Shown here: positions 1-12,429 of the stretch, piece by piece
Position numbering within the stretch: the first letter of the stretch is position 1
Layout of the letters: each line of letters starts with the position of its first letter
From: Lingula anatina
Taxonomy: Eukaryota > Animalia > Brachiopoda
DNA length: 64,000 nucleotides
Assembly: GCA_051362555.1 (NCBI GenBank)
Contig: CM120643.1
Location: 7,626,001-7,690,000 of the forward strand
Reading direction: 5' to 3'
The notes under the pieces: model-generated
What the model was told of the DNA's origin: nothing
Seen by the model: only the letters and a program-made list of their open reading frames with translations
The model's database searches: none
Program-made: the position numbers and the translations under genes

Positions 1-695
1 TCGTATGGAATACAAAAAAACGGAGACCACCTCCAGTGTTGGGCTTTACATGCTCTACAAAATGCAAAAAAGAATGGGTCTCTAGCATTAACGGTTCCCG
101 AATTAGAGACAGTTTTCAGTTTCGGTACTTTATGGCCGCTACTCCTGTGAAAATGCACCGATTGACCCCAAATTCACGGAGATGAAAGATGACCCAAAGG
201 GTTACACTTTCCAATAATATTATTGGTTAAGTCTGTGTGGTATCTGAATAACAGGGCAAAAAAATTTTTTTTCGTAAAAAAATTCATTTTTTTGAAAATT
301 TTGGCCCGTTTGACCTTGAAATAAAGGTCAAAGGTCAAATCCAAGGGCATATTTGAAATCTACACATATGACTTTTGGAAAGCTGTCTGTAGAAATTTTT
401 CCCATAATTCCTTCCGTAGGGTAGATAATTAGCATTTAATTTTGCCATTTTTAGACAAGGGTGCATTGCAATGAGTGCCACACCTAGACCCCAATACCGA
501 CAAAGCCCAAATTTTACGTGGAACGAGTTGAGATTATAGGTGACCTAAATCCAAGAGATGGGTACAGGGGCCCTCACCGTCTAGGAGGAGAAGCGGTAAC
601 GGTGACTTGGCGGCGGAGCCGCAGGAGCCGGCGGAGCCGGCGGAACATACGGGTCGGGACTAAAACCATGGGTACCTGCGCTGGTTGTACAATAA
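1..695 (-). mobile_element. Helentron-associated non-autonomous element (HINE-like), partial copy running off the window start
   Basis: Near-identical to 59420-60108, including GGTCAAAGGTCA motifs and the same terminus (..GCTGGTTGTACAATAA). Confidence 0.8.
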
Positions 696-1050
696 GCAGA
701 ACTCTGCCAAATCTGGAATTTCTGTGAAATTTGCACACAAATTGCCTAACACCTGTAATAATCTGGGATAAGTATTTCAGTTAACTGTGCCTTGTTAAAG
801 TACATTTTGTAAAGAGTAACATAAGAAAAGTGAAAAAAATTATTTAAATTTACAGAAAACACAAAATATGATAACTGGTTTGTTGATCTACATGGGAAGG
901 ATAGAAGACAAATTATCTATTGTAACACAACTTGTAAAACAAAACCAAGTAATTATTTTGTGCACTACCTGCAAGGAGGTTTTTTTGGCATGGTGATGGG
1001 TAACTGTGGGTAATGACCACTGCTCCACCTTGGGTCAAATACATATCACC

Positions 1051-1181
1051 TGTTATGACCAGGTCCCGTGGGTCTCACTTGCCATGTGCTTCTTTCACAC
1101 TCGTTCCCATTACCACATCATCCACCAGGTGGTGGCCCCAGTCAAGACGCCACTAATCGGCAGCGTGTATTGGATATAACA
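1051..1181 (-). repeat. Short 3' LTR (131 bp) of a Gypsy element
   Basis: On the minus strand it starts TGTTAT right after a purine-rich tract (AAGGTTGGGAGGAA, 1182-1195) and ends ATAACA. It lies downstream of the Gypsy pol remnant. Confidence 0.7.
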
Positions 1182-1316
1182 TTCCTCCCAACCTTAATTT
1201 TTTTCTACAACATATAAGCTTAAAAATCATTATCCTTGAATATTTTGAATCCTGAAGAATTTTCAGTTTTCATATTGTATAAAGTCACATCTTGAGTGCT
1301 ATATGCTCAAGCCTTT

Positions 1317-2080
1317 CAGGACAGCGATCCGCCTTCATCCTGATTAAATATCAATTATCTCAGATTACTTTTTTTCAGGACAGCGATCCGCCTTCATCCG
1401 GATTACATTAAAAAAAAATCTCAGATTACTTTTTTTTTAGGACAGCGATCCACCTTCATCCTGATTACATAGAAATAATCTCAGATTCCCTTTTTTTTTT
1501 TAGGACAGTGATCCACCTTCGTCCTGATTAAATATCAATTATCTCAGATTACTTTTTTTTAGGACAGCGATCAGCCTTCATCCTGATAAATATAAATTAT
1601 CTCATATTCCTTTTTTTCAGGACAGCGATCCGCCTTCATCCTGATTAAATATCAATTATCTCAGATTACTTTTTTTCAGGACAGCGATCCGCCTTCATCC
1701 GGATTACATTAAAAAAAAATCTCAGATTACTTTTTTTTTAGGACAGCGATCCACCTTCATCCTGATTACATAGAAATAATCTCAGATTCCCTTTTTTTTT
1801 TTAGGACAGTGATCCACCTTCGTCCTGATTAAATATCAATTATCTCAGATTACTTTTTTTTAGGACAGCGATCAGCCTTCATCCTGATAAATATAAATTA
1901 TCTCATATTCCTTTTTTTCAGGACAGCGATCCGCCTTCATCCTGATTAAATATAAATTATCTCAGATTACTTTTTTCAGGACAGCGATCCGCCTTCATCC
2001 TGATTACATAGAAATTACCTCAGATTACTTTTTTTCTCCTCAGGACAGCGATCAGCCTTCATCCTGATTACATATAAATG
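1317..2080. repeat. ~60-bp tandem repeat, 13 monomers, with a ~301-bp (5-mer) higher-order period
   Basis: Unit CAGGACAGCGATCCGCCTTCATCCTGATTA..CTCAGATTAC(T)n; the variant order of 1317-1617 recurs at 1618-1918. Confidence 0.95.
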
Positions 2081-3661
2081 ATTGAACTGTCACTTTAATA
2101 CATAATCTTTAAAGTAACCGGTCTTCTGATCGTTCTCTATGGTCTAGTGTAATTGGTTCTGCAATATGATCAATGTTTTTCTCTTGCTGTGGCATCTTCT
2201 CATCAATTGAATTCTGTGTATTTAATGCAATATCATCTAAGTTTGGAATATTCTGTGTGTCTGTTGCTGCATTGTCACTTTTCACTGTAATATATCACTA
2301 AGTTACAATTCACATGCATCATCTTGTCTTCTCATCTCATTTGTGTTTTCTTTCAAATATAAGTCTGCTGGAATTTTCATTCCATTATCTGTTGTGTTTA
2401 TGACATTGTTACACAGTTTGAATTGACTTGCATCTCTGCAGATTGTTCTTCCATCTGTAACTCTTCTGGCAGTAACTTGAGAACCATGTATTTCCATGAC
2501 GATATAGAAAATCAGTTCATATGGTGTTGAGAGTTTGTTTCTTTTGTTCTGTTTAACTAAAACATAGTCACGTATAATGAGTGTATTCTCCCTCCAAGTT
2601 TGATTAGTGTTGGGTCAGTGAGTGTTTTCTCTGCTATCTCAACGAGAATCGCTGCATTTTCAGATTTGACCATCCATCTGATCATCTTCTCTGTACTATG
2701 ACCACCCATTTGTGGCAGTGGGTGTCTGGAGAGATAATTAGTATCTGGGTCTGCATCATTCTTTCCTGGCTCATATACCACTTCATAGTCAACATCTTGT
2801 AAGTTTATCACCCATTTCTCTATTCTCAGTGGTAATTTTGCTTGTGCTTTGTTAAACCTGGGTACTAATGGTTTGTATGCTGTGATGACCTTGACCTTTG
2901 GAGCACCCTGTAGGTATATTCTCATCCTATTCTTTGTCCATCTTATGGCCAATGCATCCTTTTCAGTTTGTGAATATTTCTTCTCTGTTTCTGTCAGTGC
3001 TCTGCTTATGAGCTGAATGGGTTGAAGTCCTTTGTCCATTTCTTGGAACAAAGACACATGACACTGTACAACAACTGTCCAACTGTGTGCATGAGCTGAA
3101 AAAAAAAAGAGAAACATTCATTATAAACATTCAACAGGCCTGTAGCCAGCAATTTCAAAAGGTTTTTTTTTTCATAAAAAAGTGGACCTTTTACCATGAA
3201 ACAATTGTGCACCTAAATAAAAATTTACCCAGAGGGAACCTTTTCCCGGCAAAAAGGGCAGTTTGTTTGCATGTCTAAACTGGCAGTGGTCAAACTTGGC
3301 AGCTTTCTCCTATTCACAGTTACTTGTTCTTTCAAAAATTTGCTAATGTGCATCTGATATTTTCCCATGACCATAACCAATGACATCAGCGTCACTGAAA
3401 AATGCTGGGACAGTCTTTGAAAGTATGTGCTGTGCAAAATGGACATCTCAAAACTGATCACGTCCGGTTGCATGGATCAGGGGCGTAACTAGGCATATGC
3501 ATGGATGCGTGTGTGCGTGCAATTTTTTTTGGCCAACCATGATATTATTGTCTATAAATTCAGTGTTTTTTTTTTATGGAATATAACCAAATTTCCTCTG
3601 CAAGTGAAAGTCACCTGTATGTACAAATCTCTGTATCAATTGTATACGCACCATTGTTCTA

Positions 3662-4059
3662 ACACCCCGTCTTGCATACTGATACTTTTACTGAACAGAG
3701 GTAAACAATGCCTGTTGCCTTTACAAGTACTATCTTAATTGTCCATCTAACTGAAACTTCCTTTACCTCTTAATAGGAGGGTTAAGTGACCTTTAACTTT
3801 ACTGTAGCCTTTGTCTTGAGAGTTTCGAACGCACTCTTGCTAATGGTATTTACCTCAGGTAAAAATCTACCTGTGCTTTATTTTCAAAGAGCAGTTCCCG
3901 CAGACCCGGGGGCAATAGATAAAATCTGGATCCCATGTTTAATAAGGAGCTAGAGAAACAAAGGAAGATTTTTCCTGCAAAGCTTCAAAGAAATATGACA
4001 CGGACTTGACCCAGTTTAGCCCTCCAAACTAACAGGGTAGCATAGGCAATTTTCACAAA
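3662..4059 (+). repeat. ~400-bp dispersed repeat, copy 1
   Basis: Colinear with 37812-38200 (CCGTCTTGCATAC..GGTAAAAATCTACCTGTGC..CCTCCAAACTAACAGGGT..GCAATTTTCACAAA). Confidence 0.85.
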
Positions 4060-4475
4060 AAAATAATTAAATTTAGATGTATCAGAGCTCTATCGTGTCA
4101 TATAATTGGTTGTTTTTTGGGAGCTATGCACCCACATATCAGCTGGATGATACTGTATATAAGTTCAACTCTTAGTAATTTGGCCATTGAGATGACCATG
4201 GATATCATGAAGTGGATCGCAAGAAAGCATAATGATATTGCGACACTCAACTGTTCTTCAGATTTTTTTATGCAAACTCAGGATAACTGCAGTAAACATG
4301 CACGGGATGATGCTAGTGATACAGCAGAAACAGCAGACAGCAGAAACAGCAGAGAAAGAGCCACTGTCAAAGCAGCAGAAAACTGTTCCAGATGAACCAA
4401 CTGCATCTACCAGTAGCCCTGACATAGGAAACTTGGAAAGATGAGCCAGCCACTGTCAGACAGCGACAGACTTTA

Positions 4476-4700
4476 AGGCTTCGTTCACATGGAAAGTCTA
4501 TTTTCTAAAAATGTATTTTCTATTCGCGGTATCTTGTAATCACGACCTGTGCCCTGAATACCCCTGGCGTAATTACTGGCAGCGCGAGCCAGTTACTTCC
4601 AAAGCTTTAATTAATTCTCGGCTGTGCTCGGAGTGATCACAAGATACCGCGAATAGAAAATAGATTTTTAGAAAATAGACTTTCCATGTGAACGGAGTCT
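4476..4700. mobile_element. MITE with ~68-bp TIRs inserted in the hAT coding region
   Basis: AGGCTTCGTTCACATGGAAAGTCTATTTTCT.. pairs with ..AGAAAATAGACTTTCCATGTGAACGGAGTCT; TA on both sides. Confidence 0.9.
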
Positions 4701-7700
4701 TAGTCCTCAGTTCAATGTTTAGACCATCCAAAGAATGGAAAGCACCTTTAAGAGAGTAAAGTGGCTAAAGACAAGAAGTGCTTGCTGACTTATTTGATGA
4801 CACACAATTCCCACACTTAAGGTATGGTTGTATGCAGGATGGAATTTACTGTGCTCCCTGTTTTGCGTTTTCTAAAGAAAGTGCTGTTATGGTTTCAAAA
4901 CCACTGACTGACTGGGGAAACGTACGTAGGATTGTCCCACGTCATCACCAAAGCAATGGACACGGCACTGCTGTACAAAGGGCTGCAGGGTTTCTTCGCA
5001 TCTGTAATGGGGTAGAAGCAAGTATCACTCAAAATCTATCCCAGGCCTATAAGGAACGCGTCAAAGAAAACAGACACATTCTGAGATCCATTGCAAAAAA
5101 CACTGTTGTCATGCACACAACAAAACATAACAAGAAGAGGAAAAACTGACAAATGATCGAATTTTTCCATGTTTCTTCGGCTGTCAGCATCTGAAACTGT
5201 GAATCAACACATCGAGAAGGGTCCAACAAACGCTCAATATACATCACCTGTCATTCAGAATAAATTATTAGATCTGATGGCCAAACAAGTACAAGAAGGC
5301 ATAATTCAAGAATGCAAAACTGCCCAGTATTTCTCCATCCTGGATGATGAAATGGCAGATGTCAGCAACACAGAGCAAGTCTCCCTTTCTCTCCGCTACG
5401 TAGATTCTACATTTCAAGTTTGTCACTTTGGTCAGCACTGAGACAACCAGCGGAGCTTTAGCAGGTCTTATAAAATCTACCATCATGGACTTGGGTCTCA
5501 ACCTTGAGAATCTCGTTGGGCAAGGCTACGATGGAGCTGGGAACATGATTGGAAAGGTATGTTTTTACCATTTTTTATATAACTTGGACAAAAGAATCAG
5601 CATTTTAAAATATCTGTGCATTCAACTAGATGTGAGATTTTTTTTTTAACTTAAAAAATCAATCATTTTGTTATTCATTTATTCATTCCCTTATTTATCG
5701 ATTTGTTAAAGGTGAAGGGTGTTCAAGCAAGGATCCTGCAGGAGTACCCCATGGCTTAATATGTCCATTGCAAGTACCACAACCTAAACCTAGCAATCTG
5801 CCACAGTTGCAACATACACCCCATATGCAGCTTGTATACCACAGTTGGGGAGATAATTTAAATAATATTTAAAACTTTAATATATAATAAGTATAGAGGG
5901 TTGACAGCTTATGAACATCTCTCCATCTGGATTTTATTCAATCTTTTATTTTGGTCATAAATTCGGGATATCTCTGGGTCAAACACACTTTTGCTAGTCA
6001 CAATTAAGAATACTTTACAAAATTCTTCTCATGTTTTTTTGTTGGTATTTCAGGTTTTATTCTTCATCAACACATCACATAAGAGACTTGCAGTCTATCA
6101 GTCCTTCTGTATAAAGGTCTGTGTGAATTCCGTCTGTATGTTCTTTTTTTTATTAATATGGCACAGCCGCACAGCCCACAACACTAAATTCAATGCGGGA
6201 ATGGTGCAGTCCAGATGCAGCACTGTAACGTGTTGTTATACTTGGCTACATATGTATAAATTCCTAACATGCAAAGCCATTTACTTCACTCTAGTTGGAG
6301 CTCAAGGGCTATGGCTAAATGGCCAGTTATAAAGATACTGGATAAAACGAAGTGAATGCTGCAAAAATCCCCACAAGTAACTTTTATAGTAGCTCTAAGA
6401 CAAGTCTCTCATAGAAACCCTACTTCTACTTAACTCTGCTAGTACTTTTTATGTTTTACCTCAGATATTTCCAGGAATCCAGATCTACTGTATAACACTT
6501 ATAACACAAGGATCACCGGATCCCTTTGTCTATCCTCTACCTCTTGCATCTGCAGCTCATTCTTTTCTCTCTCTCTCTCCCTCTCTCTCTCTCAAAAGCC
6601 CCGCCCAACTGTCGCTTTCAATCCCAAGTAAAGACTTCCGGTACCAGATCACTGCAACAAAGTACTCACCCTTTTGTCATCAAGAATGTCTTTGCATGCA
6701 TTTAAAAGGATGCTGGAATCGTGGAATGTCCTACTGCTTCAGATGAAACTTTAATGGTAACTCATAAATATATCTTGCCCTTGGTATAGCGTTATTTCAT
6801 AACGTGTAAGATGTTCCCGCTCCGCACTAAGTAGGTCAAATAAAACCCGCAGTGAATACTGGGTCACATCTCGGTACATCCGGTCACATGAAGCGCGCCG
6901 CAGTTTTACTCTGCGTCCAAGTTATTATATCTTTTGATTTTTCGTTTAGATGTGATATTATTGATTGAGAATATAATTTTACAAAAAGGTAATTTTAAGT
7001 TCTTTTTTATTGTCATTTTTATATATTTTCTTTTTGCTTCAACTTTTGCTAGATGTCAGCACTGCTAACACAACGCTCAATATGAGCAAATGGAGCATTT
7101 AAGGACCTTCACATTTAATTAGCATTAAAAGTATAATAAACATACTTGAAAATATTATAAAGTCAATTTTGCTTAAATATCCTGCAAAGTTACTAGTACC
7201 TGTACTTTACTTTTATAGACCGCGCCAGAGACTGCGCTAGTAGGCTTAGGGAAGCCTATTAATATTAGATGCGCGTTAATTTTTTTTCAAAAGGTCTCAA
7301 TTTTTTCCTCAATCCCAAGTATATTTTCTCAATGCCTGGTAACGAAGGTTTTTCAAATGGCTTTCTAAGAGAATGTCGTGTTTCGTGTAAAACATTTGAC
7401 TGTGCCCTATTAACATATCGTCCATCTAATCATGAGGGCCCTCTGGGAAGGGGGGGGGTAGTGATCACAGTTCACGGCCAAAGGAAAATAAAATCACCAA
7501 ATCACAAATTACATATATTAATTATAAACTTTATTCATATCTCATTGAAAATGCTAGTCTGGCGAGCTGAAAATAACTATCATCGACTATAATGACTTCG
7601 TTTCACTAGGGACGAGGGATAGAAACCCGCAATTCACGATTCCCGGGAATGGGGTGCTTCACGGATAACGTTTATTAAAATAAGAACGCTGAGAGCATCT

Positions 7701-8410
7701 CGGGAAATGATAAGTGGCTTTCACGGATAAGAAAAATACCCAATGGGGCCTTCCGTCATTGTTTTAACTAAAATGAAGATAAATGACTAAAATATTTCAA
7801 AAGCATCGAACAACTAAAATTAATGATCTGCAGCAAAAATACGCAACGGAGGATTTCTCAGTTTTTAAAAGCCGGGCGGCACCGCGAAAATAGCTGCAAT
7901 TTATTTATTGCTTGCTTAAGATAAACATTCTAGATATTTTCTAAGACGTTAGACATTATACTTGCTTCCTGAAAAGTTCCTAATTTCTTTTACTTTATGG
8001 AAAATAACCTTATGGGCGAATGTGAGATGGTGTTGTGAGCGACAGTAACGAAGGTTTAAAATTAAGTCCGCATTTCGTGTTGATTAGCACAGGTGCTGAG
8101 CTAACGATTTTCGTGTGCATCGAAAGACTCACTAAAGTGAAAAAGAGCGAGAGAAGAGAGACAAAATGTTATTATTACATTGTATTCATCCACACAACGT
8201 ACCTCCGACCGTGTTATGAGTTCAACCTTCTTTGAGGACTCAGATGATAGCTGTCGTCAATACTGCTTTTACATAACGTAACAAACGACATCGTCCTTTG
8301 CGTTCAAATCATACACAGAAATATTTCTTTAAAAAATTATGAAAGGCATTTTTGACTTTTATACATATTTGTGAATATCTAGAGAAAAGTCCATCTGTGG
8401 CTCGAGTAGA

Positions 8411-8415
<5 letters not shown>

Positions 8416-8452
<37 letters not shown>
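8416..8452. repeat. (CT)n microsatellite
   Basis: Direct reading. Confidence 0.95.
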
Positions 8453-8454
<2 letters not shown>

Positions 8455-8644
8455 GTTGTGTCTGGCCGAATTCACAGTCAATTGATCCTCGGACCAGAAT
8501 CAGATAACAAACCTCTTTTATGATAATCAATTGCTATGACTGATAAATAAAACTGCAGATTTTCATTCGACCGCATTTTCCGTATCTTTACGGAAAAACA
8601 TGTATATATTGATAACGCATCTATAAAGGTTAACTCTGAAAGAT

Positions 8645-9000
8645 AAAAAAGCCCGAGCTTTTGGCTTGTGAACCTTCTTCAGGTACCAAAACAAAATAAA
8701 CAAGCAAACTACAGGGATGCGTGACGTATGATGCATGGAAAAGGGACACGAAGTTAGAAGTGCGTGATAAAGGTTAACGTCTTGAAGATTACGTAATAAT
8801 TAAACAAGAATAATATTCGTTGAGATATTCATTGTCTCTATAAAGTCCTTTTTAAAATTGTCTAATATTTTTATGAACTTGTGCTCGACAATCATCTTTG
8901 TCTTGTGTCGCGTATGTGTCCATTTAAAATGGTGACTGTTTGTACTGTGGTGGTTCTTGATGCGAGTTTTAAGGTCGTAAGACAGCTTTTTTTCTATCGT
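8645..9000 (-). mobile_element. Penelope-like element 3' remnant (GIY-YIG tail plus degenerate hammerhead motif)
   Basis: Minus peptide DLKTRIKNH..HHF..KIL..FIE resembles the GIY-YIG C-terminal half. Downstream lies CCTGAAGAAGGTTCACAAGCCAAAAGCTCGG (CUGANGA box, short stem, GAAA box read as AAAA). Confidence 0.5.
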
Positions 9001-9926
9001 TTTCACTTTTAATTACTATTAGTTCTATTACTGTACATAGCTACCAATTATCTGCGCTTTAAGCTTGTACTTTTTAATAAAGATACAAGCAAGGCAAGCA
9101 AAAAGTCTCTGGCAGTGAATTGTGAACTGTTGCTGCTACCACTCCTACATAAAGTAGATATTGCAAACATATATCGGCACATGAATCAATAAGATATCAG
9201 ACAACTTTCATGGAACATAAACTGAAATTAAAGCTGGATATTCTTTTATCTATTATCATTTCGAATTTACGTTAAATCTCGGCACGTACGTCTTCATCAC
9301 CATCATACTTCCGTCGCAGTCCGAAGCGACGAAGTTCAAACAGTGCACATCAAAACCATAAAAAGGAGTCCTTACGTAGGAAACCACGCGCTAGAGAACG
9401 GGTTTAATTAAGGCATTCTTGTTGGCGGTATTGTCACTAATTTATAATAATAATAATCTTTATTGAGCACTAAAATGCATACATATTACATTTTACAGGC
9501 TCTCTACACTAGTCATAACAACTTAGCAACAAATTATACAAATCTATACAATACTTATGGAATGATTACTGGGAAGCAGCACAGAATAAAACGACTATTG
9601 CTAATAATTTATAGAATCATGAACAAATCTGGATGACTCTATCTATAACAAAGTAATTATTACCTAAAAAAACATACTTTTCAGAATAATACAAGAAAAA
9701 TTGATGAAAAGAACAAAGGCAAAATAATTTTAAATTAAAAATGGAATCTGAACAACAAATATGTACAGCTTCAAGCAAATGGAAATGAAAATAGAATATA
9801 CACACCCTTGACTTACGAGTTAAGCTACAATTAATTTTTAAAATAATGTCGGTACCTTGTCAATGTATGGAAGGACTGCGTGAAAACGACATACACCCTC
9901 CCCTACACATACACTAAACACACACG

Positions 9927-9957
<31 letters not shown>

Positions 9958-10127
9958 AGGCTCATCGTCGAAGAGGGGGAGAACCAAATCCAATCATCGA
10001 AGTTGTACATCGGTTCACTATTTGTCCTAAGTAAACCATCATAAAATAAACGAATCAGATCGAAATTACAATAAAGCGCGGAATGTGCAGACCAGCATAA
10101 TCAACATCTGTGGGTTTGGATACAAAA

Positions 10128-11740
10128 CTGCTCTTCCCCGTTGCCAACGCTCTCAATTCAGGTCTATCTTTTAAAATAAAATGTTTTATTGTATATAAAA
10201 AACATGTATAAAACAACATACTTCGGTCAAATAATCAAGCTGTGTTTAATACTGTGCATGAACCCAAATATGCTGTAGATGTAGCATTATAAAAATAGAA
10301 ATACCATATCTTCTTGAACATGAAAAGTCACATTAGAATCCTCCCCCCCCCCCGTCCCACCGATACGCCCCATTTCTATTGATACCATACAAACTCAGCG
10401 TGTGTAGGAGTGTGAAAACTAAAGTAGATCAAAAGATCACGGATAGGATATGCCATGTAAGGATTCATAGGGGTGATAGGTAATCTCCTTTTGCTCTTTT
10501 TTTAAAACCTGTCAATTTTGAGAAGAAATACAGTGAATCGGTGTCTCTCATTGCACTTAGTCAATATAAATTCAAATATGTAAAAAACATCTTTCCTTTA
10601 TCACGTAATTCGTCAGATGTAATAAAATACAGCATTTCCCTAAAAAACCTTTACCCCCTCTTGTGAATGCAATGTGCCGTCTGCAGAGCTCAGCGTCTGC
10701 TACCTCGCTTGGATGCTTCGCGGTTCCTGGGATGTGAACAGTTAACGCGGTCCGAAAAATTTTAGGGAGAGTCAGATGAAATAGAGAGGGACCGTGGCAT
10801 CTATAAAGTTCTACATGATGAAGCTGGAGATGTGGGCTAGTTTTACTCTTTTCTTTCAAAGTTTGCAATATACTCTGACTTTTAGTACCCGCATGCAACC
10901 AAAATATTTTGCTGGTATCTTGATACATCTTCCACTTGTGTCTCCCCCATAAAACGGTCCACACTAAAAAATCAATAATCGTATGGCAATTTTATACAGG
11001 CAATTGACCTACTTTTATACCCGTACAGCTATTGTCGAGTTTTATGGCTATGGAGTGAAAACGTGATACACGTGTGTGATATAAAAATTATTTCTAATTA
11101 CATAATTTACAAACATTGCATTTGGAATAAAGGTGTCCAGATTTGTTAGCAAAAGATGACATTGCTATTTGAAAATAATGAAAAAATTGGAGTCAAGCCT
11201 AAATCAGAAAAAATGCATTTTTTTCTCTTATATGCAAATTAGGTTCCTTGAAGTAATATATGACTGGCCGGAAGTGACGTTCAGAGATTTGTAACGATGA
11301 TGATCTTGATGGCCTTGATGATCTTAATGGTGGTTCAAAAAATATTATCAAAGTTTTCAGTTGTCATCTGGTGAGAAAGAAATTTTCTGCACTAACACAA
11401 TCATTCCACGAGTGAAAAATAATTAGTAAACGCGCCTCAGATGCGCTGCAGACGTCACGGCTTTTGGACGAAAATCACAAGCGACATTTCGTCATAATTA
11501 TTTTATATAGATAAAAAACTGTGATTGAAAATGGATATCGGCAAAGCATTAAAATTTTGAGAGCATTTCTGTTTATTTATGTTCGACAAGGATGAATTTA
11601 ATTAGAATACCCCCTCTCTCTCTTTTTAAGCGAATATAAAGGAGAAAGCCGAGCGAAAAAAAAAAAATAAATAAATAATGCACATAACAGCCAAAATATT
11701 CAGAAGTAAAAAAATTCAGAGTTAAAAATCTTGTTGGCCA
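10128..11740 (+). repeat. ~1.6-kb dispersed repeat or segmental duplicate, copy 1
   Basis: Colinear with 30403-31928 from CTGCTCTTCCCCGTTGCCAAC to AAATCTT..TTGG(C/T)CAC; no credible ORF. Confidence 0.92.
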
Positions 11741-12397
11741 CTACAGTTCCTCTTCATAGAGGATCATATGTAAAATTTTAAGGCAACTTGTGACCAATTG
11801 ATGTTGTAAAGTAAATGACTTACACTTTCACTAACTGCAGATAAATATTATAACGGAATCAAACAAGTTAAAGGAAAGGGAGTTATTGAGTGTTGGGCCG
11901 ACAGACAACTCACAACGTAAATAACAACAACAACAACAATCTACGCGCAATATGGTAACGTGCATATCGATAACGCAGTGGCCGATTAAGAGGTTTCTGA
12001 AAAATATATCGCACCAATATTCCCCTCTTGAAATTAGAATTTCGTCTAACCTTTGTATATTTTTAATTGGAAAATCTATTTATTGATATTATTCCATTTT
12101 TTCACAAAAATTATTTGTTTTTCTTATAAAAATTAAAGTGAAAGGGAAAAGATTAGAGGGAGAAAAAGAGCAACAATTGAACATACATATTTCCCCTCCA
12201 AAATATCCTTTATTACAGTGAAATAATGAAGAACATACATACTATTGGCATGCATGTACCAAAAACAAAAAGACTTTCACAAGTATCTAAAAATGAAAAC
12301 CAATATATCTTCATACATAAAGAACAATGTACTAACTCTAAAAAAATTAACAAAATTTCAAGTATGACATTACAGTATGGACAAGCCTCTATTCAAC

Positions 12398-12429
<32 letters not shown>

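Larger units (their letters stand above)
1051..3090 (-). mobile_element. Ty3/Gypsy LTR retrotransposon 3' remnant (RNase H, integrase C-terminus, PPT, 3' LTR)
   Basis: ORF 2557-3117 has ISRALTETEKKYSQTEKDALAI..KPL..RIEKW..LQDVDYEVVYEPGK..D..YLSRHP (Gypsy RNase H). 2550-2100 has NKLSTPYE..GSQVTARR..GRTICRDASQFK and RTIRRPVTLKDYV (integrase tail). The integrase core is deleted near 2575. Confidence 0.88.
3478..6116 (+). mobile_element. Degenerate intron-containing hAT transposon (ZMYM1/THAP12-like DUF4371 transposase)
   Basis: CAGGGGCGTAACTAG terminus at 3478. Peptides GIYCAPCFAF..DW..HHQSNGH, NAQYTSPVIQNKLL..FSILDDEMADVSNTEQVSLSLRYVD and LVGQGYDGAGNM. Intron 5557-5711 is followed by VKGVQARILQEYPMA*YVHCKYHNLNLAI; a later exon reads FFINTSHKR. 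Stops and frameshifts present. Confidence 0.88.

Noticed and set aside
518-727. Arg-rich protamine-like ORF
   Set aside because: It arises from the GGCGGAGCC microrepeat at the end of the HINE and differs in the second copy.
1317-2080. CRISPR-like regular repeats (also 23348-23700)
   Set aside because: No unique spacers, no cas genes, eukaryotic context; these are ordinary tandem repeats.
7433-7753. Possible MITE with GAGGGCCC..GGG / CCC..GGGCCTTC ends
   Set aside because: TIRs are short and mismatched, with no clear TSD and no second copy in the window.
10572-10964. 130-aa ORF in the 1.6-kb repeat
   Set aside because: The frame is not preserved in the second copy (stops after 73 aa) and it has no recognisable motif.
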